Source: an uncultured Terracidiphilus sp.
GTDB lineage: Bacteria > Acidobacteriota > Terriglobia > Terriglobales > Acidobacteriaceae
Length of the DNA: 64,000 bases
Assembly: GCA_964645305.1 (NCBI GenBank)
Contig: CAZYCV010000003.1
Location: 33,889-97,888, forward strand
Direction of reading: 5' to 3'
Shown here: piece by piece, positions 62,354 through 64,000 of the stretch
Layout: the number at the start of each line of letters is the position of its first letter
How positions within the stretch are numbered: position 1 is the first letter of the stretch
The notes under the pieces: model-generated
Told to the model about the DNA's origin: nothing
Seen by the model: only the letters and a program-made list of their open reading frames with translations
Database searches by the model: none
Program-made: the position numbers and the translations under genes

Positions 62354-63493
62354 TCAAAAGACAATCCGCATCGGCACCGCCGCCGCAAAGCTCTTTCCCT
62401 CCGTGGCCAGCTCGCCGGTGATCGGATTGCGCCGGAAGACGCTGATCAGATTCGAGTCCTGATTGGCCACCAGCATCCATGTCTCCGTCGGGTCCAGCAC
62501 AAAGTTGCGCGGAGTTTTGCCGCCGCAAGGGGTTCGCCCGATGGGCGTCAGTTCGCCAGTCGTGGGATTGGCATGAAAGGCCATCAGGAAATTATTGTCG
62601 CGATTGGCAAAGTACACAAAGCGCCCGTTGCGCGTAATCACCGTGTCGCAGGCGCGCGTCGGTCCTTGATAGCCCTCCGGCAGCAGCTCAACCCGCGAGA
62701 CCAGCGTCAGGCTGCCGTCGGCGCGGTTCCACTTCAACACGTCCACCGTCGAATCCAGCTCGTTCACCGAATAAGCAGTGTGGAAGTTCGAGTGAAAGTG
62801 CAGCGTGCGCGGTCCTGCGCCCGGTCGCGCCTGGTAGCTGCCCGCCGGAGTCAGCACGCCGGTGGTCGCATTCAGGCTATAAATATGGATGCAATCGCCG
62901 CCCAAATCGTTGATGTAGGCAAAGCGATTGTCCAGCGAGACGCAGGCGAAATGTGCATGAGCGCTTTGCTGGCGGTCGGTGTTGGGGCCGTGCGCGGTGT
63001 AATGCTCGCTCCAGACGATGGGTCCAATCTTGCCGTCGCTGACCAGAAAGCTGGCCGCGCTGCCTCCGTTGTAGTCGGCCGCCAGCAGCACGCGCCCGGT
63101 GTGGTCCAGCGCCACGTGGCAAGTGCCATCGCTCACCGAGTTCTCGGTCGAAAGCGCCTGCAACTCGCCCCTCACCACGCGGAAGCTGGCCACCTCTCCG
63201 GTTGGCTTGCCGTTCATACTGCCTGCCTCTGCGGCAGCAAAAAGATACTCGCGGGCGGAGGAGTAAGTGATCCACGATACGCCGGCAATCTGCGCAGCCA
63301 CGCCATCCGGAGCCAGTTCGCCCGTGGCCGGGTTCCAGTCGTAAGCCAGTATTCCGTCCTTGGAGCCGGAAGCGACAAAAACCCGCTGGCGGCGGTGGGA
63401 TGCTGCGACAGGCTTTGCCAATGCGGAGAGCGATGCGGCCAGTGTGGCGGCGGAGGCGGTTTGCATAAATGCGCGACGGCTGAATTTTTCCAT
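62354..63493 (-). CDS. Lactonase family beta-propeller (6-phosphogluconolactonase-like), Tat signal
   Basis: FSRRAF; CHVALD, HAHF, DLGGD, GAGPR, GKTPRNF, ANQDS. Confidence 0.92.
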   Translation of the reverse strand: MEKFSRRAFMQTASAATLAASLSALAKPVAASHRRQRVFVASGSKDGILAYDWNPATGELAPDGVAAQIAGVSWITYSSAREYLFAAAEAGSMNGKPTGEVASFRVVRGELQALSTENSVSDGTCHVALDHTGRVLLAADYNGGSAASFLVSDGKIGPIVWSEHYTAHGPNTDRQQSAHAHFACVSLDNRFAYINDLGGDCIHIYSLNATTGVLTPAGSYQARPGAGPRTLHFHSNFHTAYSVNELDSTVDVLKWNRADGSLTLVSRVELLPEGYQGPTRACDTVITRNGRFVYFANRDNNFLMAFHANPTTGELTPIGRTPCGGKTPRNFVLDPTETWMLVANQDSNLISVFRRNPITGELATEGKSFAAAVPMRIVF

Positions 63494-64000
63494 GGAAAAG
63501 ATTGTCGCCGATTGAGCATGGGATGCGCCAGAGGTAAAAAACTAGCCTGTTTCACTGGCACTCTTCACTACGGTTTGCTTCCAGGCGTGGCCAGCCTGTA
63601 CTCTTGCTGCCATGAATTGGCGGCGGGGATTGTTGTTGGCTGGGGTGCATCTGGCGGTGGCTGGATCGCTGATTGCTTGGCTGGAAATAAAAGATGCGCA
63701 CTCTCGCGAGTCAGCTAAAACCTATAGCCCAGAGCCGCAGCAACAATCCGCAGAGCAGGAAGGCGAAACTGTAACCTTCGATCTATGCACCATGATCGGA
63801 GATTCTTCATTTCAAGAGCGGTTCATTTATTTGGCTGATATTCCAGCAGTCTATCTGACTGGATGGCATACGCCGTGTCCGCCGCGTTGGACGCTCGCCG
63901 GTATGCTGCATATCAAATTTTATTGGCAATCCGCGAACATGGAGCGGCAAGTTGATTTTGGACTTCTTTTCTTAATTTTGATTCAGTGGTTTTTGATCGG

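Noticed and set aside
63520..64000. Possible degenerate minus-strand ORF with a hydrophobic stretch and a Pro/Gln-rich segment
   Set aside because: Interrupted by stops in each frame I read, and no recognisable family.

Overview
GC-rich bacterial chromosome segment. Gene content, the VOC-RibH fusion and the repeat families suggest Acidobacteriota (Terriglobia-like); this is inference, not a database result. The backbone is housekeeping: rimP-nusA-infB, ribH-nusB, sodA, tkt-rpiB-HAD, rpsT, purM-purN, two divergent RND efflux operons, a DipZ-like redoxin with msrB, and a lactonase. Interspersed are large secreted Ser/Thr-rich proteins, an ECF sigma/FecR pair, a GT2, a CSS-EAL phosphodiesterase and an XRE/CPBP operon. 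No tRNA, rRNA, CRISPR array, integrase or transposase was seen. The most notable signals are: (i) an AvcD/Dcd-type anti-phage dCTP deaminase with little room for an upstream AvcI-type RNA but with an overlapping 56-aa ORF; (ii) a MazF toxin whose partner has an unrecognised, possibly PC4-like, N-terminal domain; (iii) five toxin-antitoxin cassettes, two bounded by direct repeats (87 bp duplicating the infB 3' end; 19 bp inside mdtBC); (iv) three REP-like palindrome families plus 7-8-mer tandem tracts, some translated in frame inside RimP, an efflux OMF and MdtB; and (v) a candidate ~80-nt structured sRNA after nusB.
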